The translations under genes and the position numbers were made by a program. This document shows, in pieces, positions 1-9,644 of a stretch of DNA of 64,000 nucleotides (the first letter of the stretch is position 1; each line of letters begins with the position of its first letter). Source of the stretch: Myxococcota bacterium (GTDB taxonomy: Bacteria; Myxococcota_A; UBA796; UBA2385); the NCBI GenBank assembly GCA_044344255.1, contig JBIJDH010000008.1, positions 32,001 to 96,000 of the forward strand. The letters are read 5' to 3'. A model generated the notes under the pieces. The model was given only the letters and a program-made list of their open reading frames with translations. It had not been told where the DNA came from and searched no databases.

Positions 1-87
1 CTCCTCCCCCTTCTCGCAGCCGCAGTAGCGGCCAAAGCCCAGGCCCGGCTTTGGCCACAGCAGCAGACGCAGCGCTTGGAGATGGCC

Positions 88-501
88 ATGCGGTGGATCC
101 TCCCGTCCGTTTCTCCCCACCGGTCGAGCCCCTCGACCTCCTCTCCCGAGCCCGTCCTCCCGGGCTCCCCTCTGGCCCCCGTCTCTCCCCCGATCGAGGC
201 CCTTGAAGGCGGGGGTCTCGAGCTCAGCCACCTGTGGCGCTACCTCGCGGTAGCGGCGCTGGTGGCGACCGCCGCGCTGCTCGCAGCCTGGTCCCGCGTG
301 GACCTCGTCGAGACGTCGGTGGCCCTGGACAGCGTTGAGGCCCGCCTCACCGCAGCCGAGGAAGAGAACCAGCGCCTGCAGCTCGAGCTCGCCACCGTCA
401 CGGACCCCGCCTACCTCACGGAGGCGGCGGTCACCCTTCAGCTCGCCAAGGACGTCCACGTGGTCGACGTCCCCCGCACCGGAGCCGTCGCCCACCCATG
501 A
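88..501 (+). CDS. ftsL: Cell division protein FtsL-like (single TM helix + coiled coil)
   Basis: One TM segment (YLAVAALVATAALLAAW) followed by heptad coiled coil LTAAEEENQRLQLELATVTDP; directly upstream of ftsI with ATGA overlap; GGAG at 78-81 favours ATG 88 (ORF open from 76). Confidence 0.75.
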   Translation: MRWILPSVSPHRSSPSTSSPEPVLPGSPLAPVSPPIEALEGGGLELSHLWRYLAVAALVATAALLAAWSRVDLVETSVALDSVEARLTAAEEENQRLQLELATVTDPAYLTEAAVTLQLAKDVHVVDVPRTGAVAHP

Positions 502-2612
502 GCCGCCCCAAGCCGCCATCGCCGACCCCTTCGATCCTGATCCAGGGTCTGTCGGCGCTGCAGCCCGATCCGAGCGCTGCCCCCGAGGCGGACGCCACGG
601 TGCGCACCCGGTCGAGCATCCGCTTGGCTTGGGCGGGCGGCTTCATCGGTCTCGGCTACCTCGCGCTCACGGCTCAAGCCTCTTCGCTCATGCTCCTGCC
701 AGACCCGAAGCTCGAAAACAAGGCGCAGACCCAGTTCGAAGAGGCGGTCGAGGACAAGGGGCGTCGCGGCGATCTGCTGGATCGGAACGGCTACATCCTC
801 GCCACCACCGTGGCCCTGGAGGAGCTCCACGTCGACCCCGCCCGCCTCGACGCGAAGCGGGCGCAGATGCTGGCGGGTAGCCTCGCCCCCCTGCTCGAGC
901 GCTCTGAGGCCGAGCTCCTCGGCCGCATCACCCACACGCCGCGGCGTGACGTGGTGCTCGCGCGCGGCCTCACCCCGGGAGAGACCGCGCACATCAAGGC
1001 GGCGACCCGTGAGCTCGGCAAGAAGGACAAGGAGATCCTGAACGGGGTCTGGACCGCGGCGGAGTCCCACCGCTACTACCCAGGACGCGAAGACGCCGCC
1101 TCACTGCTCGGCGTGGTGGGCCACAACGGGTCCGGCATGGCGGGCCTCGAGCGCACCCTCGATCGTCAGCTCCGCGGCGAGACCTTCCGCTACATGCTCT
1201 GGCGAGACCGGAAGGGCCGCCGCGTCACGCCCGACGCCGTGGAGATCGAGGGCGGAAACACGGTGGTGCTCACGCTCGACCACCGCATTCAGCACGTCGC
1301 CAAGGAGGCCATCGCCGAGGCCGTGGCGACCACCGGCGCGCAGTCGGCCCACGCCGTCGTCGTGGATGTCCACACCGGCGAGCTCCTGGCCATGGCCAAC
1401 TGGCCGACCATCAACCCGAACAACACCGCCGACCTCGCCATCGCAGGCATCAAGAACCGCGCCGCCATGGACGCCTTCGAGCCCGGCTCCGTCTTCAAGC
1501 CCTTCATCGCGGCGGCGGCGCTGGAGGAGGGCGTCGCCACACCGGAGTCGATGATCGACTGCGAAGGTGGGGCCTGGGTCGTCGGCGGGAAGGTCATCCA
1601 CGACGACCACCCGCACGGCGCGGTGAGCCTCTCCGAGGTCATCAAGTACTCCTCGAACATCGGCACGGCCAAGCTGGCCTTCAAGCTGGGCGCCGAGAAG
1701 TCGCTCTCCTACCTCACCGCCTTCGGCTTCGGCCGCTCGACCGGCCTCAGCCTCCCCGGCGAGACCCGCGGCACCATGCGGGATGCCGCCACCATCCGGC
1801 CCATCGAGCTCGCCACCACCGCCTACGGCCACGGAGTCACGGCGACCGCGGTTCAGCTCGCGTATGGGATGGCCGCGCTGGGCAACGACGGCGTGCGCAT
1901 GCAGCCGATGCTCGTTCGTGAGGTCCGCGACCCGAACGGCAACGTCATCCGGGTGACCGAGCCCGAGATCGACCGCCAGGTGGTCTCCGTCGACTCCGCC
2001 CGAAAGACGGTGGGGATGATGCTGACCGTCACCGAGGAGGGCGGGACAGGCACCCGCGCCCGGGTGGATGGCTACCTCGTCGCCGGCAAGACAGGCACAG
2101 CTTGGAAGCACATCGAAGGCGGCGGCTACTCCGAGACAGACCGCATCGGCTCTTTCGTCGGGCTCGTCCCCGCCGAAGCTCCCCGCCTCGCGATCACCGT
2201 GGTGGTGGACTCTCCCACCATTGGCTCGAAGTACGGCGGCATCGTCGCCGCGCCCGCCTTCGCGACCATCGCCGAGGTCTCGATGCGGATGCTCGGCGTG
2301 GCGCCCAACCCCGCGCTCATCGCCTCCGACAAGTCGAACGACCCCCACGGCAAGCCGGGCGTCGCCCCCGTGGTGGCCGCCGTCGAACCCGAGCCAGAGG
2401 CGCCGATCGCGCCCCCCGAGCTCCAGTGGATGGACGACGGACGCTTGCGAACCCCCGACCTCACCGGCCTCAGCCTCCGCGACGCCCTCGTCACCCTCCA
2501 GGGCGCCGGCCTCGGCGTCTCGATGCAGGGCAGCGGCCGTGTCGCCGAGCAGGAGCCCGATCCCGGTCTCCCGATCCCCATCGGCGGCCGCGTCGAAGTG
2601 ACGCTCAAGTGA
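498..2612 (+). CDS. ftsI: Class B penicillin-binding protein (FtsI/PBP3) with C-terminal PASTA domain
   Basis: RRGDLLDRNG dimerisation motif; SxxK (EPGSVFKP), SxN (YSSN), KTG (GKTGTA); PASTA-like PDLTGLSLRDA...QEPDPG. Confidence 0.95.
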   Translation: MSRPKPPSPTPSILIQGLSALQPDPSAAPEADATVRTRSSIRLAWAGGFIGLGYLALTAQASSLMLLPDPKLENKAQTQFEEAVEDKGRRGDLLDRNGYILATTVALEELHVDPARLDAKRAQMLAGSLAPLLERSEAELLGRITHTPRRDVVLARGLTPGETAHIKAATRELGKKDKEILNGVWTAAESHRYYPGREDAASLLGVVGHNGSGMAGLERTLDRQLRGETFRYMLWRDRKGRRVTPDAVEIEGGNTVVLTLDHRIQHVAKEAIAEAVATTGAQSAHAVVVDVHTGELLAMANWPTINPNNTADLAIAGIKNRAAMDAFEPGSVFKPFIAAAALEEGVATPESMIDCEGGAWVVGGKVIHDDHPHGAVSLSEVIKYSSNIGTAKLAFKLGAEKSLSYLTAFGFGRSTGLSLPGETRGTMRDAATIRPIELATTAYGHGVTATAVQLAYGMAALGNDGVRMQPMLVREVRDPNGNVIRVTEPEIDRQVVSVDSARKTVGMMLTVTEEGGTGTRARVDGYLVAGKTGTAWKHIEGGGYSETDRIGSFVGLVPAEAPRLAITVVVDSPTIGSKYGGIVAAPAFATIAEVSMRMLGVAPNPALIASDKSNDPHGKPGVAPVVAAVEPEPEAPIAPPELQWMDDGRLRTPDLTGLSLRDALVTLQGAGLGVSMQGSGRVAEQEPDPGLPIPIGGRVEVTLK

Positions 2613-3086
2613 GCCAGGCCGAGGTCTCCAGCCTCGCCCCATCGCCCAGACATCCGCTTTTCTCGCTACTTTATCTCCTTCAGACTCTCTGATTCTCCAC
2701 CCAAAACCAACCTCCGCTCGGAGCGGGGGGGCTGAAATGCTGCGGTCGGGGCGCGATGTCCTCCATTGCGCCTCTACCGGTCCGCGTCGCGGGCCACTTC
2801 CGGACGTATCTCCAGGGGAGCCGCCACCCCGGCGCATGGATGAAGGCAGCCCTGCCCGACTCCGCGCCACCCACCTTCGGCGTCCCTCCGCGTCCCTCCG
2901 CGACGGCCAGACCACCCGCCATGCTGCCCCCTCTTCCCCCCTGTCGCTGATGCCCCCCTGCTCCGGGCACCCCTCCTCCCGCCGACCCCCGCCCCGTACC
3001 CCTCCCCTCCACCCACGCCGCGCTCCCCTCCCCCCTCCTGCTCAGCCCGAGCGCTCCTGGGGAAGCGTGTCGTCCCCCGCCGCCCC

Positions 3087-4604
3087 ATGTTTTTATCCGC
3101 GCTGATCGAGCTCCTGGCTCCCTTGTCCGTGACCGGACAAACGGACCGGGTCGTCACCGGGGTCAGTCATGACTCCCGGCAGATCGGCGTGTCCGACGTG
3201 TTCGTCGCCATCCCCGGCGCCCAGGCCGACGGCCGACGCTTCGCCCGCGGCCTGCCCTGCGCCGCGGTGGTGAGCGAGCGCCCCGTCGAGGGCGCCCACG
3301 AGGGGGCCACCCTCATCGTGGTGAAGGACGCCCGCTGGGCGCTCGCCCGACTCGCCGCGGCCCTCGAGGGAGAGCCCGGCCGCGCGCTGCCCGTGGTGGG
3401 CGTGACCGGCACGAACGGCAAGACCACCACGACCTTCCTCGTCGAGGCCATCGCCGCCGCCGCAGGCCTCCGCTCGGGGCGAATCGGCACCACCGGCCAC
3501 CGCATCGCCGGCCGGGACCGCGCCGCCAGCCACACGACGCCCGAGGCCCCCGTCCTGCAGCGCCTCCTCGCGGAGGCCCGCGACGCCGGCTGCGCCCTCG
3601 TGGCCATGGAGGTCTCCAGCATCGGGGTCGAGCTCGAGCGGGTGGCCGCCATCCCCTTCCGGGTCGCGGTCTTCACCAACCTCACCCGCGACCACCTCGA
3701 CTTTCACGGGACAATGGAGGCCTACGCCGCCGCCAAGGCTCGGCTCTTCCACGAGCTCCTCGACCCGGGCGGCACCGCCATCCTCAACGGCATGGACCCC
3801 GCCGCCGCCGCGATGCGCCCCCCTCACGCTCGCACCTGGACCTTCGGGCGCGGCGCGCCGCCTGCCGGGCAGCCCCCCTTCGACCTCTGCGTCGATTCGG
3901 TCGAGCTCCGCCTCGGCGGCTGTCGCGCGTGGGTCCGCACCCCGAACGGCGAAGGGCAGCTCGACCTGCAGCTCACCGGCCTCCACAACCTCGACAACGC
4001 CCTCGCGGCGCTGGGGGTCGGCCTCGCCCTTGGCATCCCGCTCGAGCGCTGCCTCGCGGGCCTCGCTGGGCTCCCGTCGGTGCCGGGGCGCCTTGAAGCC
4101 GTCGGGGCAGGCCTCGCCGACGAGACACACGGGCTGCACGTCTTCGTCGACTATGCCCACACCCCGGACGCCCTCGTCCAGGTGCTCGGCACCCTGCGCC
4201 CGCTCACCGAGGGTCGCATCCTGACCGTCTTCGGCTGCGGAGGCGACCGCGACGCGGGCAAGCGGCCCTTGATGGGGGCGGCGGCCTCGGCGGGCAGCGA
4301 CCACGTCTACCTCACCTCGGACAACCCCCGCTCGGAGGACCCCGCGGCCATCCTGGAGCAGATCGCCGTCGGCCTGAGCGGGCCCGCCACGATCGAGGTC
4401 GATCGCGCCCGCGCCATCGAGGCCGCCCTCCGGGACGCACGGCCCGGCGACGTCGTGCTCATCGCCGGTAAGGGCCACGAGCGGACCCAAACGGTCGGCA
4501 AGGCCACGCTCCCCTTTGACGACCACGCCGTCGCGGCCCGGCTCCTCGCCGAGCTCCCCGGTCCTCTCCCTCGGCCCTCGGCCCCACCCCCGGAGCGCCC
4601 GTGA
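3087..4604 (+). CDS. murE: UDP-MurNAc-tripeptide ligase (meso-DAP type)
   Basis: GVTGTNGKTT, HTTPE, MEVSS, NLTRDHLDFH, DYAHTPD, FGCGGDRD, DNPR (DAP specificity), AGKGHE. Confidence 0.96.
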   Translation: MFLSALIELLAPLSVTGQTDRVVTGVSHDSRQIGVSDVFVAIPGAQADGRRFARGLPCAAVVSERPVEGAHEGATLIVVKDARWALARLAAALEGEPGRALPVVGVTGTNGKTTTTFLVEAIAAAAGLRSGRIGTTGHRIAGRDRAASHTTPEAPVLQRLLAEARDAGCALVAMEVSSIGVELERVAAIPFRVAVFTNLTRDHLDFHGTMEAYAAAKARLFHELLDPGGTAILNGMDPAAAAMRPPHARTWTFGRGAPPAGQPPFDLCVDSVELRLGGCRAWVRTPNGEGQLDLQLTGLHNLDNALAALGVGLALGIPLERCLAGLAGLPSVPGRLEAVGAGLADETHGLHVFVDYAHTPDALVQVLGTLRPLTEGRILTVFGCGGDRDAGKRPLMGAAASAGSDHVYLTSDNPRSEDPAAILEQIAVGLSGPATIEVDRARAIEAALRDARPGDVVLIAGKGHERTQTVGKATLPFDDHAVAARLLAELPGPLPRPSAPPPERP

Positions 4605-5968
4605 TCTTTCGCGCCGAAGAGCTCGCGGCCGCCACAGGGGGCACCCTCCGCGCCCCCGGCCCCGCCGGCACCATCAGCACCGACAGCCGCCGCGTCCGCG
4701 AGGGTCTGTGGTTCCTCGCCCTCCCCGGCGAGCGCTTCGACGGCCATGACTACCTCCCGCACGTGCTCGCCGCAGGCTGCGCGGGCGCCATCGCCCATCG
4801 CGTCCCCAAAGGCTGGACCGCCGGCTTCGTCGAGGTGGCGGACACCCTCCGCGCCTTACAAGACCTCGGCGCTTACGCGCGCGGCGCCTTCTTCGGACCG
4901 GTCGTGGGGGTGACGGGCAGCGCCGGGAAGACCACCACCCGCGCCATGATCGCCCTCATCGCCGAGGGCCTGGGACCGGTCTACCAGACCGAAGGCAACC
5001 TGAACAGTCAGATCGGGGTGCCCCTCACCTTGCTCGCCGCGCCGCCAGAGGCCCGGGTCTGGGTGATCGAGATGGGCATGGACCGCCTCGGACAGATCGA
5101 CCGCTTGCAGCGGATCAGCCGCCCCGAGGTGCGCCTCATCACCAACGTCGGCCCCGCGCACCTCGAGGGGGTGGGCTCGATCGAGGGCGTCGCCACGGCC
5201 AAGGGCGAGCTCTTCCTGGGCGCCCGGCCCGGAGACACCTGCTGCGTGAACATCGATGACCCGCGGATCGCTGCGCTCCCGATCCCCGAGGGTGTGCGCG
5301 TGCTCCGCTACGGCCGGGCCAAGGGGGCCGACGTTCGGCTCACCGACGCGGTCGTCGACGCCGCCACGCTCTCCACCCGCTATCGGGTCGAGCTCGCCCA
5401 CGGCGGCGCCGTCCTCGGGACCCTCTCGAGCCCCGGCCTCCACCTCGCGCTCGACGCCACCGCCGCCATCGCCGCCGGCGTCGCCCTCCGCCTCCCCGTC
5501 GAGGGTATGGCCGCTCGCCTCGCCCGCTACGAGCCCGTCGGGATGCGGCAGCGCATCGAGGCCGGCCCGGGCGGCATCCGGGTGATCAACGACGCGTACA
5601 ACGCGAACCCCATCAGCACCGCCGCCGCCCTCGAGACGCTCAGCGTCGTGTCCGGCGCGCGCCGCGTCGCCCTCCTCGGCGACATGCTGGAGCTCGGCTC
5701 CTCCGAGGCCAGCGCGCACCGCGAGATGGTGGAGCTCGCCGCCCGATTGAAGCTCGATCTGGTCGGCCTCGCGGGGCCCCGCTACGCCGCCGCCGCCGAG
5801 GCCGCCGGCCTCTCGCACCACCCTGCCTTCCTGCTCGCGCCAGACGCACCCGCCCTCGGTCGGGCGCTCCAACGCCGCCTCCACGCCGGCGACCTCGTCC
5901 TCCTCAAGGGGAGCCGCGGCACGGCCATGGAGCGCGTGCTCCCCGCGCTCGCGCCCGAGGACACCTGA
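4601..5968 (+). CDS. murF: UDP-MurNAc-pentapeptide ligase
   Basis: TDSR, GERFDGHD, GVTGSAGKTTT, EMGM, DAYNANP, LGDMLELG, LKGSRG. Confidence 0.96.
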   Translation: MIFRAEELAAATGGTLRAPGPAGTISTDSRRVREGLWFLALPGERFDGHDYLPHVLAAGCAGAIAHRVPKGWTAGFVEVADTLRALQDLGAYARGAFFGPVVGVTGSAGKTTTRAMIALIAEGLGPVYQTEGNLNSQIGVPLTLLAAPPEARVWVIEMGMDRLGQIDRLQRISRPEVRLITNVGPAHLEGVGSIEGVATAKGELFLGARPGDTCCVNIDDPRIAALPIPEGVRVLRYGRAKGADVRLTDAVVDAATLSTRYRVELAHGGAVLGTLSSPGLHLALDATAAIAAGVALRLPVEGMAARLARYEPVGMRQRIEAGPGGIRVINDAYNANPISTAAALETLSVVSGARRVALLGDMLELGSSEASAHREMVELAARLKLDLVGLAGPRYAAAAEAAGLSHHPAFLLAPDAPALGRALQRRLHAGDLVLLKGSRGTAMERVLPALAPEDT

Positions 5969-7078
5969 ATGCTCTACGCCCTCCTGCTCCCGCTCGCCGC
6001 TGAACACAGCGGCTTCAACCTGTTCCGATACATCAGCTTTCGGGCAGCCTGGGGAATGGTGACCGCGCTGGCCATCTGCTACGCGCTCTACCCCACCTTC
6101 ATCAATTGGATGCGGAACAAGCGGATGGAGCAGATCATCCGCAGCGACGGTCCACAGTCTCATGTGGAGCAGAAGGTCGGCACGCCCACCATGGGCGGCG
6201 TGCCGATGATCGTGAGCATCACGGTGAGCACGCTGCTCTGGGCCCGCCTAGACCAGCCCGTGGTCTGGATGGCCCTCACCATCTTCCTCGGCTACGGCCT
6301 CATCGGCTTCATCGATGACTGGAAGAAGGTGATGCAGCGCTCGAGCGACGGGCTCGCCGGGCGTTGGAAGATCTTCGGCCACGTCACCATCTCTGGCGTG
6401 GTGCTGGGGGGTGGCTATGCCACCGGTCACATCGATCCCTCGCTCGCGCTGCCCTTCTTCAAGCACGCCACCATCCACTTCGATCAGCTCGTGGACGGTC
6501 TCCCCTGGCTCGGCTGGCTCTACGTGGCGATCGGGATGTTCATCCTGACCGGCGCATCCAACGCGGTGAACCTCACGGACGGCCTCGACGGCCTCGCGAT
6601 CGGGCCCGTGATGACCTCCGCCATGACCTTCGCGGTCCTCGCCTACCTCGCCGGCAACCTGGGCTTCGCCGAGTATCTGTCCATCCCCTATATCGAGGGC
6701 TCGGGCGAGCTCAGCATCTTCGCCGTCACCATCGTGGGCGCTGGGCTCGGCTTCCTCTGGTACAACACCTTCCCTGCACAGATCTTCATGGGCGATGTGG
6801 GCAGCCTCTCGCTCGGCGGCGCCCTTGGGGCCCTCGCCATCCTCTCCAAACACGAGCTCCTGCTCGCGCTCGTGGGCGGCGTGTTCGTCCTCGAGGCCCT
6901 CTCGGTCATCATCCAGGTCGCGAGCTTCAAGTTGACCGGGAAGCGGGTCTTCGCGATGGCGCCGATCCACCATCATTACGAGAAGAAGGGCTGGAGTGAG
7001 CCGAAGATCATCGTCCGCTTCTGGATCATCAGCATCCTGCTCGCCCTCGTCGCCCTCTCGACGCTGAAGGTGCGCTGA
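5969..7078 (+). CDS. mraY: Phospho-MurNAc-pentapeptide transferase
   Basis: GTPTMGG, GFIDD, NAVNLTDGLDGLA, FMGDVGS, MAPIHHHYE; polytopic membrane protein. Confidence 0.98.
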   Translation: MLYALLLPLAAEHSGFNLFRYISFRAAWGMVTALAICYALYPTFINWMRNKRMEQIIRSDGPQSHVEQKVGTPTMGGVPMIVSITVSTLLWARLDQPVVWMALTIFLGYGLIGFIDDWKKVMQRSSDGLAGRWKIFGHVTISGVVLGGGYATGHIDPSLALPFFKHATIHFDQLVDGLPWLGWLYVAIGMFILTGASNAVNLTDGLDGLAIGPVMTSAMTFAVLAYLAGNLGFAEYLSIPYIEGSGELSIFAVTIVGAGLGFLWYNTFPAQIFMGDVGSLSLGGALGALAILSKHELLLALVGGVFVLEALSVIIQVASFKLTGKRVFAMAPIHHHYEKKGWSEPKIIVRFWIISILLALVALSTLKVR

Positions 7079-8484
7079 TGACACCGAAGCCCGCCACGCT
7101 CCCCTCCCCCGCCGCCGCCATCCTCGGCGGACGGGTGCTGATCGTGGGCATGGGCCGGAGCGGGGTCGCCGCGGCGGAGCTCTGCCTCGCGCTCGAGGCC
7201 GCAGACGTGCTCTGCACCGATCTCCGCGCCGACGCGGAGCGCGTCCCTGGCACCCGCGCCCGCTATGGCGGCCACGATCGGGCCGACTTCCTCTCCGCTG
7301 ACCTCATCGTCGTCTCACCGGGCGTCCCCGCGAGCAGCCCCGACCTCGTGGCCGCCCTCGAGGCGGGCGTGCCGGTCTGGGGAGAGCTCAGCCTCGCCGC
7401 CTCGGTCCTCGCCGAGCGCGAGATCCCGATCCTCGCCATCACCGGCACCAACGGGAAGTCGAGCACGACCTGGTTCACCGGCCAGCTCCTCGAGGCTGCC
7501 GGGCGCCTCCCCTTCGTGGGCGGCAACCTCGGCAAGCCCCTCTCCCTCTTCGCGACGGCGCTGGTCCGCCACCGCGCCGTGGAGGACATCGCCGTGGTCG
7601 AGGTGAGCTCCTACCAGCTCGAGCTCGCGCAGGGCCTCCACCCCCTCGCCGGGGTCATCCTCAACCTCACGCCCGACCACCTCGCCCGCCACAAGACGAT
7701 GCAGGGATATGCTTCCGCGAAGCTGAACCTCTTCGCCGCGATGACCGCGAGTGACTGCGCGATCGTCCCGGCGAAGGACCCGCTCATCGGCCCTGACGCC
7801 GCGCGGCGCCCATCCGGCCCCCGCGTGCTCCTCCTCGGCGGCAAGCCGGGCTCCAGGGAGGACGAGGACACGCTGCACCTGCAAGGCACCCGAGACGACG
7901 GTCCCGTGCCCCTCGACCGCTTCCCGCTGCCGGGGCCGCACAACCGCACCAACATCGCCGCCGCCGTGCTCCTCGTCGTAGCGGCGGGCGTTCGGCGCGA
8001 CCAGCTCGACCTCGCCGCCATCCGGCCCCTGCCCCACCGCCTCGAGCAGGTGCACGAGGCCGCTGGCGTGCGCTGGGTGAACGACTCGAAGGCCACCAAC
8101 GTGGACGCCGCGCTGGTCGGCGTCCGCGGCATCGGCGCCGGCCAGATCACCCTCCTCGGCGGGCAGGGCAAGGAGGGGGCGGACTACAGCCAGCTCCGTC
8201 CCTTGCTCGAGAAGTACGCCCGGCACATCCTGTGCTTCGGCGCGAGCGGCTCCGAGATCGCTCGGGCGCTCGAGGGCCTCCCCGTCGAGCTGCTGCCGAC
8301 GATGCGCGCCGCCGTCGCTCGCGCACACGCCCTCGCGGTCGCGGGAGACACGGTCCTGCTCTCTCCGGCCACCGCCAGCTTCGACGAATTCCGGGACTTC
8401 GAGCATCGTGGAGCCGTCTTCGCCGAGCTCGCCCACACTCCTCCTGACCCCACCCGCTCGCCGCTCCCTGGAGGTCCGGCATGA
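7078..8484 (+). CDS. murD: UDP-MurNAc-L-Ala:D-Glu ligase
   Basis: GMGRSG, VSPGV, ITGTNGKSST, GGNLG, EVSSYQL, NDSKATN, LLSPATASFD. Confidence 0.96.
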   Translation: MTPKPATLPSPAAAILGGRVLIVGMGRSGVAAAELCLALEAADVLCTDLRADAERVPGTRARYGGHDRADFLSADLIVVSPGVPASSPDLVAALEAGVPVWGELSLAASVLAEREIPILAITGTNGKSSTTWFTGQLLEAAGRLPFVGGNLGKPLSLFATALVRHRAVEDIAVVEVSSYQLELAQGLHPLAGVILNLTPDHLARHKTMQGYASAKLNLFAAMTASDCAIVPAKDPLIGPDAARRPSGPRVLLLGGKPGSREDEDTLHLQGTRDDGPVPLDRFPLPGPHNRTNIAAAVLLVVAAGVRRDQLDLAAIRPLPHRLEQVHEAAGVRWVNDSKATNVDAALVGVRGIGAGQITLLGGQGKEGADYSQLRPLLEKYARHILCFGASGSEIARALEGLPVELLPTMRAAVARAHALAVAGDTVLLSPATASFDEFRDFEHRGAVFAELAHTPPDPTRSPLPGGPA

Positions 8485-9644
8485 ACCGCCGCACCGACCC
8501 CTGGCTCATCTCCATCGTCGCCATCCTGATCGCGCTCGGGCTCGTGATGGTCTACTCGGCCTCCGCCTTCGTCGCCGGGGAAGAGAACGGGAATGAGCTC
8601 CACTTCTTCACTCGCCAGTCGGTTGCGATCGCGCTTGGGATTGGCCTCTGCACCGCGACCGCGGTCACCCCGACGCGCGTGATGCGAAAATACCGATGGG
8701 CGCTGTATGTCGCGTGCCTGCTGGGGCTCGTGCTCACCTTCGTCCCGGGCATCCAGCACCGGGCGAACGGCGCCGCGCGCTGGATCGGCTTCGGCGGAGC
8801 GAACCTGCAGCCCTCTGAGTTCGCCAAGATCGCCGTGATCATCGCCCTCGGGCACTACCTCGACCGCTGGCGGGGCCGCATCGGCGACTGGCGGGTGCTC
8901 CTCCAAGGGCTGCTCATCCCCGTGCCGGTCCTCTGCCTCATCATCTTTCAGCCCGACTTTGGCACCACAGCCATCATCGCCGGCTCCTGCGCGCTGATGC
9001 TGTTCATCGCCGGGATGCGGCCGGCTCACATCGGCGTCGTCTCGGTGGCGGGCCTGATCGTCGGCGTCCCTGTGATGATCGCCGAGTCCTACCGCGTCGC
9101 CCGCCTCACGAGCTTCCTCGATCCCTGGGCCTCTGCCGACGCGGAGGGCTACCACGTCATCCAGAGCTGGGTCGCCATCCACTCGGGCGGCGTCTGGGGT
9201 CAAGGCCTGGGGAACTCCATGGCCAAGCTCCACTTCCTGCCTGAACCCTGGACCGACTTCATCGGCGCCGTCATCGCCGAGGAGCTCGGCCTGATCCGGC
9301 TCGTCGGCGTCATCGGGCTCTATGCCATGCTCGTCTGGCGGGGCCTGCACATCGCCCGCCGGGCCCGCGACGCCTTCGGCATGTACGTGGCCGGCACCAT
9401 CACCGCCGTGCTCGGCATCGAGGCCTTCTTCAACTTCGGCGTGGCGATGGGCATCGTGCCGCCGAAGGGCCTCGTGCTCCCCTTCATCTCCTACGGCGCC
9501 TCGGCGATGGAGTCGAACCTGTGGGCGGTGGGCGTGCTGCTCAGCATCGCCGCCGAGTCCGATGGCTCGCCGGTGACGAGCGGCTGGCCCAACCGCAGGC
9601 TGGCCGCGGCCAACCCTCCCGCCACCGTCGTGGGGGCTGGATGA
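8481..9644 (+). CDS. ftsW: SEDS peptidoglycan glycosyltransferase FtsW
   Basis: GLVMVYSAS, NGAARW, QPSEFAK, QPDFGT, LPEPWTDFI, LPFISYG. Confidence 0.95.
   Translation: MNRRTDPWLISIVAILIALGLVMVYSASAFVAGEENGNELHFFTRQSVAIALGIGLCTATAVTPTRVMRKYRWALYVACLLGLVLTFVPGIQHRANGAARWIGFGGANLQPSEFAKIAVIIALGHYLDRWRGRIGDWRVLLQGLLIPVPVLCLIIFQPDFGTTAIIAGSCALMLFIAGMRPAHIGVVSVAGLIVGVPVMIAESYRVARLTSFLDPWASADAEGYHVIQSWVAIHSGGVWGQGLGNSMAKLHFLPEPWTDFIGAVIAEELGLIRLVGVIGLYAMLVWRGLHIARRARDAFGMYVAGTITAVLGIEAFFNFGVAMGIVPPKGLVLPFISYGASAMESNLWAVGVLLSIAAESDGSPVTSGWPNRRLAAANPPATVVGAG

Noticed and set aside
2613..3086. RNase P RNA, lysine riboswitch or MraZ boxes in the ftsI-murE gap
   Set aside because: No GAGGAAAGTCC core; only an isolated AGAGGCGC on the minus strand; candidate boxes lack regular 10-bp spacing
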